This document shows positions 37,026 to 50,358 of a stretch of 64,000 bases of DNA, piece by piece. The notes beneath the pieces are model-generated. The model saw only the letters and a list, made by a program, of their open reading frames with translations, was not told where the DNA came from and made no database searches. How positions within the stretch are numbered: the first letter of the stretch is position 1; every line of letters starts with the position of its first letter. The position numbers were made by a program, and so were the translations under genes. The stretch lies in the NCBI GenBank assembly GCA_965112155.1, contig OZ218109.1. One strand, 5' to 3'. Source of the stretch: Podarcis liolepis. Taxonomy: Eukaryota.

Positions 37026-37724
37026 ATTTCTTAAGTTTACAAAAATACATGCGTTGTCTCTTTTTCAAGTCTCTGTTTTCTACAGATCAGTTTCATTTGT
37101 TGTGAGACATTAGTGTTACATACAGTGTTGGGTTAGGAAGAAAATAGGGGGAAAGAGGGGGAGGGGGAAATGGTAAGTGGGGTGGGGTTGGGTGGTTATG
37201 CTTCTAACTAAGCAAGCATTAGAAGTCACCCCAGAACTGACCCTACTAAACATCTTCCAAGATAATAATGCCCACTCACACCATAAAGAGCTCATAACCC
37301 ACCTACTCTCAGCAGCCAGACGCATCATAGCCAGACACTGGAGAGACCTGTCGGGAGTAAGCATGGACCAATGGTATCAAATAGTATGGGAAATAGCCTT
37401 ATTAGAAAAACTAACCAAGAAACTGAAACTGACACAGGGACAAATAGAAGAGGACACCTTCACCCCAGTATGGTTCCCCTTTATCTCATACACATCCCAA
37501 CAAGACAGCAACAAGAATCTGCTGACAGCATACGAATAAATCTGGCTAACCTGATCCAAACACACACACCCCCACTCACACACAAAAACTAATCTCACTA
37601 CAGCCAACCATAGACAACCAACCACCCCCTAGGCCACCCCCAACCTCAAGTGAATAGTAAGAGAACCCATACAAGTAACGCTGACACAAACCCCACACAT
37701 ACACTAAGCAGAAGAATAGAAGCA
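37025..37724. mobile_element. L1-clade LINE 3' fragment with 5' inversion
   Basis: ORF 37177-37539 (LLSAARRIIARHWR..W..IALLEKLT..VWFPFISY) is an L1 ORF2 C-terminus on +. 37025-37206 reads as the continuation of its 3' UTR on -. Confidence 0.75.
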
Positions 37725-40398
37725 CATGTTTGTATATTTGAACATGCACACAACATATTAAATCAGCTCGTGGGAGGGCCTCTAACTTTGGTTGGAGCTG
37801 TAGTGCTAGGGAAGCCCTTAACACTTTCCCTCTGGCCATCTTCCTGGTCTAACCCTGCTCCAAAAGCTGCTATTAGCCTCAAAGTGGGAAGAGCATGCAG
37901 AGACATGTATTTCTCTGTATCTTCATTTCTGCTACAGAACTATCAACAACTCAGGTGGATGGAGACGTATATATTTTAGATAGTGTGGTGAAAGAGCACA
38001 GGGGAAGGGGTTAAACACTCCCTCCCCCAGGACCGCTATGCCAATCAAGATCAGTGCCTTCATCCAATTATGTGTGTCATTCACTATATTTTATTTGGTC
38101 CAAGGGTACAAAACCAAAGAACCACTGGGAGGGGGGCAATTCTGCAAGTACAGGGGTGCCAGACAATTCAGAACATTTTTTTTTTTACTTTTAATGAGCC
38201 AGGTAAATAAATTACCAGCAAATATAACACCAAATTCAAACACTTTTTTTAAAAAATAAAAGAAAACTATGGCATTGTTTTATCTAAGCAAATTGTGTCA
38301 TAGTGTCCAAGTGTTCTGTCACTATGACAAACTTATCCAGAACAAAGAACATGGCAAATATTCTGAGACACAAAATCTATGTGCCCAATTGTGGAGAGAG
38401 AGGAAACATTTGAAGGCCCAACCAGTCACAATCAGGTATTGTGTGGTCTTTGGGAGTACAGAGGGTGCATTAGCTTGTTTACATGAGAACATTTCAAGAT
38501 AATAGATCCTAAACTCACTTCATTCTCAGCTTTGTTTACATGACCCAGAGGCCAACATGACTGAGTTGAAAGCCAGGAGATGAATTCTGAGTCACCTTGT
38601 TATTCATCTCCAGACAAGAGAGTCTGCTTACAGCAGCAAGTATGTTATTCCTTGAGGTGGAACCCCCATTTCCATAGAAAAAATACAGGGCAGAGCAGCA
38701 TATTACACATTATCCCTGCTGGCAGAGCCTGGTGGAAAGCAACAAAACAGAACATTTAAAAGGGGCAGGCACGGGCAGGGTTGGATCGGCTCGGAATCTA
38801 CTGGATCCCAAGCTGCTCTCACAGCCAGAACCAGCCGGTATTGAGCCTGATCCTGCCACCTTTCACTGCTTCCTTTGTCTGTGGCTGGGTTATGCCGTAT
38901 GGCAGCAGCAAGGGAACGGGATTGCTTTCTAAAAATGTTTATACAAGCATGCCATTTTTGCTAAATGGTTTTAAAAACACAAAAACAAACCTGGCAGTGA
39001 GAGAACATTTTGCATTTTTTTTTTAAGAGATAAGTAAGAACAGTTGCAACCACCCACGGGGTGCCAATTGGCACCTGAACTCTGCTTCTTGAGGAACAAC
39101 CAAAACTGGGAGAGGAGTATAAATGTTTAAATTTACCAACGGCTTGAATAATCACATGTAACGAAACTTGACAATTCCTACTGGGAGTGCCTGTGGGGAG
39201 ATGAAGGGATGTTGTTGTGGAGATGATCGTGCTCCTGTAAGGAAGCCTTTAAGACAGAACAATGGTTTTCTTAAACGTTGACTCTCAGCACAGCGGGAGG
39301 AGAAGCCCACCTGGTCAGCACATGTGTGTGCAACAGGAACCTCTCCCGACTGCAAATGTTGAAACAGATGTTCTACATGCACTTGTGGCTAAGTAAATGT
39401 GCAACTGCTAATCCAGCTCTGATTACTGACTGGAAAACCTCAACGGTTCTAAAGTACTTAGATTCAGCCTCTCTGACGTTCATCTGCCTGTGTGCGTCGA
39501 GGCACAGAGGGAACAATAAGCGCCTACTGTTTGCTCATCTCTTTATGTTTTAGGAGCAAAATGGATGCTTCTGCAGCACCATAGGACCTGCTTCCCTGGT
39601 GCTTCTCCTCATGCAATTTGAAGGTTAAGGAACAACACGTGTGATGGTTGGGGGGGGGAATGTCACTCCTTATCAAGATAAGGGATAGAGAAATCAGTGT
39701 ATTTTACAGTCTATGCCACCTCCGCATGTGCTCACTCAAACATCTCTTATGACCCATTTCCACATTAATTTGCGGTGGCTTTAAAACTGCACAAGAAGTT
39801 GCATTTAAATATAAATGCATTTTTTTAAAAATACCTGGAGCCAAGAATTCTGGTGGAACCTTCCAAAAAGTGTGAACACCACTAGATAACCCAATACAGC
39901 ACAAATCGTAACCATGTCTACTCCAAAGTCAGTCCTAGGGCAGTGCTTTCGGGGTTAAAAATGAGGCGCTGGTGCTCATTATCTTGATAAAAGTGAAATG
40001 GGTGCCAGCACAAAATGGCTGTTATGGCCAGTGAAAGAAAGAAGAGGTGACAGCACTTAGTATTGCCACAAAGAGAAATCACTCTGCTAGGAAGTGGGGT
40101 TAGGACTGCAGTCTAAATTCAATCCCTTGCTTTGTATAGGAAGATCAAATCAGGCCAGTTCACACCTGAATTCCTGAAGATTGAGTTCCTCAGATGTTGC
40201 TTCCCACCTATGTACTTCCATCCTCTCTGCATTGCAGGATGGGAAGAATGAATCAAAGCTGAAGCAGATCTCAGCCTGCAGTAGGAATTAATACACGGGC
40301 TTTATAGCCAATATTCTGCATGCTTGCTGAGAGGCAAGTCTCACCATGTACAGTGGGGTTTCCTCCCTAGTAAGCATACATAAGATTGCACTCTTAAC

Positions 40399-40821
40399 TA
40401 GGGTTGCCAGGTCAGGAGCATCTCAGAGCCTGAGATTTCAGGGTCCAAACCTGGGACTTAAGGGTGGCCGCTGGTGGCGTCATGGGGTAAGGCGCTGGAG
40501 ATGGTTCGGGAGAAGGAAGTAGAGGAAGGCAGAGCCACCGCCACCCTGGCCAACCGACTGTCTATGCTATCATTTGCAGCCAGATCTTGCTGGGCTGCAG
40601 CTTGCAAGNNNNNNNNNNNNNNNNNNNNNNNNNNNNNNNNNNNNNNNNNNNNNNNNNNNNNNNNNNNNNNNNNNNNNNNNNNNNNNNNNNNNNNNNNNNN
40701 NNNNNNNNNNNNNNNNNNNNNNNNNNNNNNNNNNNNNNNNNNNACCTAGTGAATCAAGCCTTCCACCTGCTGCTTGGAGGGGGCCAGGCAAACATGGAGA
40801 CATGGAGGTCTGGCAACTCTA
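40399..40821. mobile_element. MITE-like element with TAGGGTTGCCAG termini spanning the assembly gap
   Basis: tagggttgccag at 40399 and ctggcaactcta ending at 40821. Confidence 0.5.
40609..40743. other. Assembly gap (135 N)
   Basis: Run of N. Confidence 0.99.
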
Positions 40822-41591
40822 TTTCTTACCGTGGACCACTCCAGCAATTCAATTTCCACTAACCTCAACTATTTTTATTAGAAATACTTATAAACTCATC
40901 TTTCTACTGATTAAGCCAACAAAATTATTTAAGCCATTAAAACCACACATTAACAAAAAAATCCTAAATTTAAACAAAAAGGTGGACGGAACATGTCATT
41001 TATTTCATACTCTGGAGAACATTCATATGTCCTGAAACCACTGGCGTCCACCTCCCAAGCCTACCTTTCTATTTGGGAACAGTATGTTCAAGGTAGAGTT
41101 TCCAAGAGATATTCCAGAATGAGACAGAGAAAGGGCATCTGAAGCCTTTGCAACGGTTGATAAGCACATAATTTGTAAATGGATGTGAACTTTTATAGCC
41201 CACTGATTCTGCAGCTCGGCTACAGCTGAAACAGTCCACTGGCATGGCTGAAGCGGCATCTTACGCAAGGCAAATCCATCTGGCTCAGCTGCCTGCCAGC
41301 TGCAATCCCATAATGACTACTTACCCAAAACACATCAGGAATGTAAGCCTGAGCCAAAGTAGATGGCCTTGTGGTGGCCAAAAGGACGGCAGGCAAACAT
41401 GTCATCCTGCAGCCATGATGCCAGCTCTCTCAACCTTCTCCCAGCCCCCAAATTTCTGTGAAGCACATGGGTTTCATTGAGCAACACAGCAGCACAGCCA
41501 GTGAAAAGTTTTTAAGAGCATGAATCATGTAGGCCTGGACTACATTCAAAAATAACTATACCCAGACAGTGCCCAGTGTGACTGAGATCCA

Positions 41592-41798
41592 GAGTGGTGA
41601 AGTGGTTAGAGTGCTGGACTGGGACCATTAGAGACCAAGGTTCAAATCCCCACTTGGCAATGAAGCTTGCCAGGTAACCTTGGATCACAGTCTCTCAGGG
41701 TTGCTTGTGAGAATAAAATGGAGAGGAAAGAGAACCGTGTATGCCACCTTGAGCTCCTTGGAGGAAAAGTGGGATATAAATGTAATAATAAATAAATA
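41592..41798 (+). mobile_element. tRNA/CORE-type SINE (Squam3/MIR-like) with (TAAA)n tail
   Basis: agtggttagagtgctggact..ggttcaaatcccc..accttg..ttgtgagaataaaatg..gggatataaatgtaataataaataaa. Confidence 0.7.
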
Positions 41799-41916
41799 GT
41801 CCACCATGCTGCTGCTGGCATGTTTTGTATGGCTTACTATCCACAGTGAGCCCAAGCCTCTCCGATTCAGCCTCTTAACTGCAAAGCCCCACCTTGTCCA
41901 GTTCCAGGCCCCCTGT

Positions 41917-42703
41917 AGGCATGTCTCCCTTCAGTAGAAGTACGGACTTGGCAAAGAACTCTTAACTTCTGGCTCCGCCTAAACTCAAATCCCCCCGGTT
42001 TACTATCCCTAGTGCTTCAAGACTCCCATAAAAGTGCCTGGCTTAAAACTGTCTATCAAAAACTTCACTCTTGTGGCCTATCCCCGCAACACCTACTCAC
42101 TATGGGCCCTACTAAAGCAAAAAGTCTAATTGGTCAATGTCTAAAAGATATCGAGCATCAGAACAACCTGGCCACTATAAGGAAATTCTGCCCTTGGTAT
42201 GTTCATTTTCCACCTCTCCATTTTGATTCTCTGACCCCCATATCTGCACAAACTTATTATCCCAAAATACAGACGTGCTTTTACACTTGCAAGACTGGAT
42301 GCTTTGCCATCTGCAGTACTTGAGGGTCGATTCCAAAAGATCCCACCTGAGAAACGTCTTTGCCCCTGTGGAGATGGTAGCATCGAAACAGCGGCATACG
42401 TCCTCCTGTCTTGTACTCTCTACAAAGACCTGAGGAACGAGATCATCACCCCACTCGTACTAACCATCCCAGGGCACTCAACCACCGCCACAATGTCCTT
42501 TCTTCTATTGGATCAAAATGAGCAGATAACAGCAAATGTTGCTAGGTTCATAGCATGGGCAATCAGAATAAGGGCCACTAACTGACGGCTGATTCAGGAC
42601 TTTAATTTGTGCTCTTATATCAAATTTCCTTTTCTGCGTATACTGTAATGTTTTACTGTTGCTATGGCCATTGGCTAATGCGAATAAAGCTTTATCTTAT
42701 CTA
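41917..42703 (+). mobile_element. 5'-truncated non-LTR element (RTE-X-like) with 14-bp TSD, nested in CR1
   Basis: ORF 42304-42585 GRFQKIP..RLCPCG..E...VLLSC..Y..LR (Cys-rich C-terminus). aataaa plus (tatc)n tail. TSD tccaggccccctgt at 41903-41916 and 42704-42717. Confidence 0.75.
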
Positions 42704-42900
42704 TCCAGGCCCCCTGTTTGAAAGTGGACATTAACAAACTGGAAGAGATGGCAAGATGTCTGCGTGGTCTGGAAGTCCTAAGAGCAATGACCTTAAAGAG
42801 CTGGATTATGTTTAGTCTGGTTCAGAGAAGATGAGACATGATAACCACCTGCTAATATCTGTAGGGTTGTCACTCAGAAAACGGGGCAGACTTGCAAATG
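42704..42900 (+). mobile_element. Old CR1 LINE fragment (host of the RTE-X-like insertion)
   Basis: tgtccagttc|..ggacattaacaaactggaa..gagctgg..atgtttagtctg..agaagatgagac, resembling the CR1 ORF2 3' region. Confidence 0.55.
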
Positions 42901-42969
42901 CTAAGAACTGTTCTGCGTTGGAAGAGGCTGCCTCAGGAGTTGAAGGTCTGTAAGTGGGATGCTGTAGAT

Positions 42970-43113
42970 CAGACTTTGCCAAGTCAGTGCCTTCCAGATG
43001 TTGCTGGACTCCAGCTCCCACCAGTCCTAGCCAGCATGGCCAGTAGTCAAGGATCATGGGAGCTGGAATCCAAAGCATCTGGAAGGCACCAGGTTGGGGG
43101 AGGGGGAAGGCAG
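42970..43113. mobile_element. Palindromic hAT-like MITE
   Basis: gtgccttccagatg..catctggaaggcac inverted repeat. TSD ctgtagat / ctgtagag. Confidence 0.7.
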
Positions 43114-43959
43114 CTGTAGAGGCAACCTGCACTGAGCAGGGAGATATCCAAGGTGCCTTTCAACTCTACAGCTCTATGATGCAGGAATGCAAAAGCAGCT
43201 CACTCCCAGAGGTTGCTGCTGTGATTCATCCTCCTCAAATGGCGTTTATGTTAAGAAGCACACTCTGCCCGGAGCATGACCCTTTCTGAGATGAAACCAC
43301 ACCATCCTAAGCCCTTTTAACTCACAGAGGAGGCACCTCCCTATTCCATCTACTTCTGAGACAGAGTCAACCACTTCTGAAACTCCTTTATTACATCCAT
43401 ACTGAATCAATCAGTGCACAATGATCATTGGTTCAGGATGTGACTGTAAACAAGGCTCTCCCACCCCCTTCTGCGCGTACAGCTGTTAAGTAACCAGATT
43501 GATATTCCTTTGGGCAAAAGCTGTACTTAAATTTGTGCTGAAAATTTACTGTTACTGAAAGTTTGGAGCTTCTTTCTGCACCACAAGAGCTGAATGTTTT
43601 GCCACTCTCTCTGGTCAAAACAAATTACCCCAAGCTAAAAGCACTGCTCCATGTATCTGGGATTATGATTCACAGCTTTATGATTTACAGTTAACTCATT
43701 TCTTGCCCCAGTGAAGGAGTTCATGATAGGATGTGTGTTGTCTTTGCACCTTATACTTTGCGTCAAAAGGTGTCTTTCTAATTAACCATTCCAACTTCCA
43801 TTTTAGCCCATAATCACCACCACCAGTATTATTTTAACAATGTATATATCGCTTAATCACAATTGTCTCTAAGTGAAGTACAAGAAACTCAATACAAAAC
43901 CATTCTTTAACAAATATTTCTTCTCCTAAACAAATCTGTTTCATTGGTCTTTTAAAGAA

Positions 43960-44096
43960 TCATTAATATCCCACATTTTCCCAGAGGAGTTCAAGGCACC
44001 CCCATTTCATTCTCACAACAACCCTGTGAGATAGATTAGCCTTACAGAGCCCTAGCTGAGTGAGGAACTGAACCCAGGACTCACCCATCCTAGCAC
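43960..44096 (-). mobile_element. tRNA/CORE-type SINE fragment (Squam3/MIR-like)
   Basis: atcccacattttc..ttcattctcacaacaaccctgtgag..ggaactgaacccagg, reverse match to the 41592 copy. Confidence 0.6.
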
Positions 44097-46535
44097 AAGA
44101 CTGTCTGTCTCCAGGTCTGACCAGTGGGCCCCCTTCAGGGCACTGCAGTGGCAGCAGCTTAACCACCAGCTGTGTCTAGCTCCCCTCCAGCTAAGGATTT
44201 CACACAATTCCAGAACTATACTAGGTCAGGGGCATCATGAGAAATTTAAATGCTGGAGGTTTAAATGGGTGCTGCTCCAAATGGTGGACCAGGAAGTGGG
44301 AGAAATTTGATTCGGTTTGAATTTTATTGCGAGGTTCCTTCATCTGCACACTTCATGAAATCATACGTCAGCCGAAACACAGCCATCGCTCAAAATTCTC
44401 ACTTTCTCTCAGTTTTGTGACGCAGTTCTCCAAACCATATAATTTGCATTAAAATGTGTACATTAGGGGGAAGCATGGATAAAATCGCATATATTAGTTA
44501 GTGAAAATTACATACAATATTGCATTATATGAGGGATATATGCTTGCAAGGATGGGCACATCTAGGGAAATTCACACTATCATTGCAATCTGACGCGGAA
44601 TGGTGGCAAACTGAACCCGAGACTGGAAAAGTGAGAAAAGGACAGAGACCAAAACGGACAGACTCGCCCAGCCCTAGTCGTAGGGCAACTGATAGTAATG
44701 GGCCATGGTAATGGGGGTGCCAGATGATGACTCCAGCCCTGACTCCAACCCCTGCACAACAATGGCTCCCTTGTATATAATTGTATTGCATTGCACAAAG
44801 ACTCCAAGCACCAACTAAGGCAGCAGAAGGGGTGCTCCCCAGAACACCGAACCCTTGAGTTGTGACACAGTGCCATAAACTGTAGTGCTGAACCATCACA
44901 GAACTTCCTCTCCCTTCTCTCATTTCCAGGCACAGTGAATCGGAACATAAATACACCATGTTTTGCCCCCACCCGATTCTCACAATTTGTTTTTGTTACA
45001 TTTATATAGCCAACCCATAAAACCCTTCTCTTCCCCACCCCCCTACAAAAAAAAGCCCTGCCTATGAATTTGGGGAATGTTTAAAAGTTTGCATTTTTGT
45101 CCGTCGCTGCTCATCCCCACCCACATCCCGTCCCTTCCTTTATTTTTCCATTCTTTCACTATCACTTGCCGAAGATTTGCTTTCAGTGAAAACAGCTTCT
45201 TTGGCATGCTAAAGGCAGCCTCTGTTTGTGGCGCAGGAAGCCTCAGCTGCCTTCAGTTTCAGCTGTACCGAAAGCAAAAAGAACACTGTTTTGGGGTTGT
45301 TGTTTTTAAACATGACCCATGAATGAGATACAGGGCATTTTGCATTTTTTTAATATTAAAAAAAGCCACACACACCACGGTAATTATCCATAGATGAGAG
45401 CAATTAACATAAAAGAGTATGTAACTGTTGTTGTTCCTTCTTGTCATATTTAATACAAGCTTGCACGCTATCTCACTGGTGCCAGCCTGCATAATTCCAC
45501 CCCTGGATGGCCAAGCTTTCCTTAGGGTTGGGCCACCCTTACACACATTCATTTTGAATTGATTACTATTTCCATAGAGTGCTTTTAGTCCCTCCACTAG
45601 CATAATGTGAAGGGACAAGACGGGGAGAAGGTTAAAAACAACACTCCTCCAGCTATGCTTGCACAACATTAGCATAAGAAAGTTAATAAAACTTTCCCAA
45701 AATAGTTCAGAAGGCAGTGGAGGAGTAACGAAACAGCTGCTTGCTCAACCACAGTGAATCAGAGCATTGGTGTGAATGTCTATTGCACACACACATAAGG
45801 TCACCTCCCGACTGTATTTTGTGGGAAGGATTAAAGCACATACCAGAAACTTAGATTTGCACAACTTAAGTGGAACAAAGCATTCTGTCACCCCAGCACA
45901 ACAAATCCACTTCAGCAACACGCAGAATTTTAGGATAATGACCGGCAAACATACTGAATAGTGTGGGATGAGCAGATTATTGACAGGAAATTGTATAAAC
46001 GCCGCACAACCTAATCAGGACGAATGCTGATTGTTGTACAAACACAGACACAGTTTAGCCTCCAGAGGAGTTTTGTGCAAGCAAATCAGGATGAACGCCC
46101 AACCAACAGGCCATTAGGAGGAATCCACAGATACACACACGCACTGAAGAAAATAGCGCATCTCAATTTTCTTCCTAAAAAACCCCCCACAGTTGTATAA
46201 TTACATTTCTGGATTGCCAATATCCACATTCATCTCATCTGCATAATGCAAGCCCATTCTGCCCACAAGCCATTAGTCACTTTGGAATAAGCATTTCAAA
46301 ACTGTTACTTGGTTTTTTAATGCCTGAAAGGTGGAGACCCCTTGGGGAGAGCTACCAATTACCGCTGCACTCAGGCACCCATTTATTTGTTTGTTTGGCT
46401 AGCGCAGATGCTTTTAGTCACAGGGCAAAAACAGATGGCCACTTTCTATGTGTGGCTGCTGCATGGAAGTATCCCTATTGGAGACACCTCTAGGTGGGGA
46501 GCTGGTTGCCTGTTGGTGGCTGTGGCAGCAGAGTA

Positions 46536-46919
46536 CCATATTTTTCGCTCTATAAGACGTACCAGACCATAAGGCGCACCTAGTTTTTGGAGGAGGAAAA
46601 CAAGAAAAAGAATATTCTGAATTCCAGAAGCCAGAACAGCAAGAGGGATCTGGCTTCTGGGATAGCCGCGTGAAGCCTCTTCAGGGCAGCGGGATGAAGG
46701 CTCCCCCTGCCCAGAAGAGGTTGCTCACGGCTAAGGCAGAAGCCAGGACAGCAAGCGGGGCTCCGTTCCTCCTCCTGCTTCGCAGTTGAGGTGCTTTGCT
46801 GAAGGGGTGCTGCGCAGCTCTACCTCTCTGCGCAGCGTCATTCGCTCCATAAGACGCGCTCACATTACCCCTTACTTTTTAGGAGGAAAAAAGTGTCTCT
46901 TATGGAGCGAAAAATACGG
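46536..46919. mobile_element. Tc1/mariner-superfamily MITE (TA TSD)
   Basis: TIR ccatatttttcgctctataaga / tcttatggagcgaaaaatacgg, TA on both sides. Confidence 0.8.
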
Positions 46920-47705
46920 TAAGCCTTGTCTCATAACATTGCTGAAGCCTACAGAGAATCAACTCGCTACGTTGCTACAGCTGCATTCTACAATACTCTT
47001 CAATGGTGACCATGTAGGATTTAACATTTAATCTAAAACATGCACAGACAACTCCGACCGTCTATCTACCCATCCAAATAGCTCCATCCAAGCAGCTCAG
47101 GGCAGCACACATCATTTAACCTTCTGGCAACCCTGTGAGGTTGGTTAGGCTAGCACAATGCCTGAACCCCACATCTCATTTGTTTTCTATGATCCTCATT
47201 CCATTTGCTTTGTCCCTCTCTGGTGCATTTATTCCTCTGTCACTACTAGACTTCCAAGCCAAACAGCAACAGCCAGCATCAGTATGAGAACATCCTTGGT
47301 GGGTAACTACTACCCTCTTGAGCAGGGCCAATAAGTGATGCTCCTGAACAATAAAAAATACTGAATACGCACAATATTTGGATGGTCAGTGCATGACCCC
47401 ATAGTCTCAAGTATGCTCTGGTGCTCTCAGGTCCTGCTTGCGGGTTTCTCACAGGCATCTGGTCGGCCACAGTGAGAACAGGGTGCTGGACTAGATGGGC
47501 CAGCCAGCAGGCTCTTTCTTACATCCTTAAAGTATGCACAATTTATGTAAATTTGTACCATGGGGCGGTACTCCAAGTTCTTTGGTGTCTGACACCTTTG
47601 CTTTCTTCCCCTATGTATTTTGTCTCCTCTCTTCAGATTGTTAAGCCCATTATTATTATTATATAGTGCCTAGCCATTTTTGATCCTTTAATACCACTTT
47701 AATTG

Positions 47706-48053
47706 TGCCACGGTGTAATATAAACCACTGAGCCTCTTGGGATTGCCGATCAGAAGTTCAGCGTGAATCCCTGCAACAGGGTGAGCTCCCGTTGCTCTGT
47801 CCCAGCTCCTGCCAACCGAGCAGTTCGAAAGCATGCCAGTGGAAGTAGATAAATAGGTACCGCTGCAGCAGGAAGGTAAATGGCGTTTCCGCTCTGGTTT
47901 CTGTCATGCTGTTCCGTTGCGCCAGAAGCAGTTAAGTCATGCTGGCCATATGACCCAGAAAGCTGTCTGAAAGCGAGATGAGCACTGCAATCACATTGTC
48001 ACCTTTGACTGGACTAAACCTTTTACTTTACCTTTACCTTTACTTTTTTACCT
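47706..48053 (+). mobile_element. Sauria SINE, more diverged copy or different subfamily
   Basis: Same body with indels; extended (TTTACC)n tail. Confidence 0.85.
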
Positions 48054-48675
48054 ATAAACGTATGCATGGAACAGCCAGATCCCTTTCTTAATAGGTTTAT
48101 ACATTATCATTGCCCTCAGCAGTAAACTTTATTATTCTTATGCCAGATAAAGCCCTTGATAAAAACTTTTGACATACTTTGTTTTATATCTCATAATATT
48201 AATGAAATGGCCTGGAATAATAATAAAAAGTCTAGTCTTCTAGGTAATACATTTATTTTAATGGTGGCAATATGCCCCAACTAGGAAGCAAGATTTAGCT
48301 TCTTCCTATGACTTTATGTCCTCCTTCACCGCACAAAACACTGGCAAATAATTCAGCTGCAATTTTTTCACATATCGAAGGTCTTTGAAGGGGTATTAAA
48401 TGGCATGATAATGATACCTTAAAAGTTCTTGTTTAAACTACGGCCATTATATATACATATAATTCCAGTCATGTGCAAATGTATATATTATCTCTATTTG
48501 GGGCCTAATGCTATAACCACAACAGTTTTACAACGATCCCCCAAATGGCATTGACAAAAGGTTTAGCATAAATCGGAAATGAAAGTGGGGAGACAGCAAG
48601 CCTGCTTTGCCCTCTTTGCCAAAACAAATTTATCTACCATGGCTTCTTCAAGATATGAGCAACTCAGATTCAAGG

Positions 48676-48850
48676 AAGGACCACAGCTTGGTGTCAGAGC
48701 AAGCACAAGGCTCACAGGTCCAATCCCTGGTCTCTCCAGGTAGGGCTTCCCTGCCTTAAATCCTGGAGAGCTGCTTGCCAATCAGTGCAGACAACACTGA
48801 ACCAGATGGACCAATGGTCTGACTCGGCAGAAGACGGTTCCCACGTTTCT
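48676..48850 (+). mobile_element. tRNA-derived squamate SINE (Squam2-like)
   Basis: ccaggtagggc..cctggagagctgc..agatggaccaatggtctgactcgg body. Confidence 0.7.
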
Positions 48851-49039
48851 TTAGGGAATTAAGCATTCTAATGAGTGTTCCAGCCCAATTCCACTCTCAT
48901 TAATGCCAGCTTCTCTGCAACAAACACAACAGAACATCTTGTTTTGCCAGTCTTAAAACAACTGCACTGGCTTCTGGTCTTCAGACGAGCACCATTCAGG
49001 CTTTGACTCTTACAGCCCTTTGCAGAGGACCATAGGAAC

Positions 49040-49206
49040 GAAGGAATACAGGAATCTGCCTTATATACAGAGTCTAGCTCAGCTCTGTCAACACCAAAGG
49101 GCCATGACTCTCCGGGGTCTATCACAGCCCTACCTAGAGATGGAGGAGACTGAACCTGAGGCCTTCTGCACAATAATCATGTTCTCTACCACTGACCTAT
49201 GCCCCT
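49040..49206 (-). mobile_element. tRNA-derived squamate SINE (Squam2-like)
   Basis: Reverse strand cagtggtagagaacat..gcagaagg..ggttcagtc..ggtagggctg. Confidence 0.65.
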
Positions 49207-49298
49207 TTCCTGAACGTATCTCAAGCATTGTTTGCTCTCACATGAAGATCTTCCTTAGAGGTATTTCTTAAAAATCCTCTGTTGTTATAATGATGATG

Positions 49299-49299
<1 letters not shown>

Positions 49300-49346
<47 letters not shown>

Positions 49347-49665
49347 TTTATACCCCACCCATCTAGCTGGGCTTCCCCAGCCACTCTGGGCGGCTTCCAA
49401 AAAATATTAAAATACTGTAATACACCAAACATTAAAAGCTTCCCTAAACAGGGCTGCCTTCAGATGTCTTCTAAAAGTCTGGTAGTTGTTGTTCTCTTTG
49501 ACATTTGGTGGGAGGGCGTTCCACAGGGAGGGTGCCACTACCGAGAAGGCCCTCTGCCTGGTTCCCTGTAGCTTTGCTTCTCGCAGTGAGGGAACCGCCA
49601 GAAGGCCCTCGGTGCTGGACCTCAGTGTCTGGGTAGAACGATGGGGGTGGAGACGCTCCTTCAGA
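49300..49665 (-). mobile_element. L2-clade LINE 3' end with (TAA)n-type tail
   Basis: ORF 49407-49742 RAFSVVAPSLWNALP..FRRHLKAALFREAF is an L2 ORF2 C-terminus. Same 3' UTR as the 16370 and 25629 copies. Confidence 0.85.
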
Positions 49666-50358
49666 GTGGTGCGACAGGAAATGGGAGATTTTTCAGTGGT
49701 GGCACCCTGTTTTTGAAATGCTCTACCAAAGTGGCTTTGCATGCTACTGATTTTGTTAACTTTTCGCCACCAGGTACCTACTTATTTGCCCAGGCTTTTT
49801 TCAGCTACTTGATCCTTGCATTTATTTATTTATTTATTTTATATGGCATTGGTAGTTTTGCTGCTGTTTGTTTTTTTAAATTTTTTTCCTGGATTTGTTC
49901 TGGGAACCCTTTAGGCTTGAAAAAAGAAGAAACCCTTCAGGGTTGAAAAGTGGAATTCCACCCCAAGGGCTTTACAGCTGCCCCCATCAGCTCTGGTTTT
50001 CAAAAGGGCCTTTGAAGAACCATTTGTTTCAAGTGGCTTTTAGCAGAGGTTCTTTCATTTGTTCTGAGGGCTTGCCTTTGCTTACTGGATGGCTGCAGTT
50101 ATTTTTCTGCTGGATTTTACATTGTGTTCTTAATGCTTTAATTAATTTTAAGGATTGCTTGGCTGGGCCTTTTTTTTGAGATTTTGTTAACTACTGTTTT
50201 CATTCATGGCCTTTTATCAAATTTTATCAAAATTATGTAAGGTGCCTAGGGAGGGCCTTGAGGGCAGTGTACAAATACTGACAGGAATAAGAAGTATTAT
50301 TTATTTCCTGCTCCTCACCCTAAGGTCCCAGGGTAAGTTAGAACATTAAAACACAGCA

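Noticed and set aside
40474-41035. ORFs spanning the N run
   Set aside because: Artefacts of the assembly gap.
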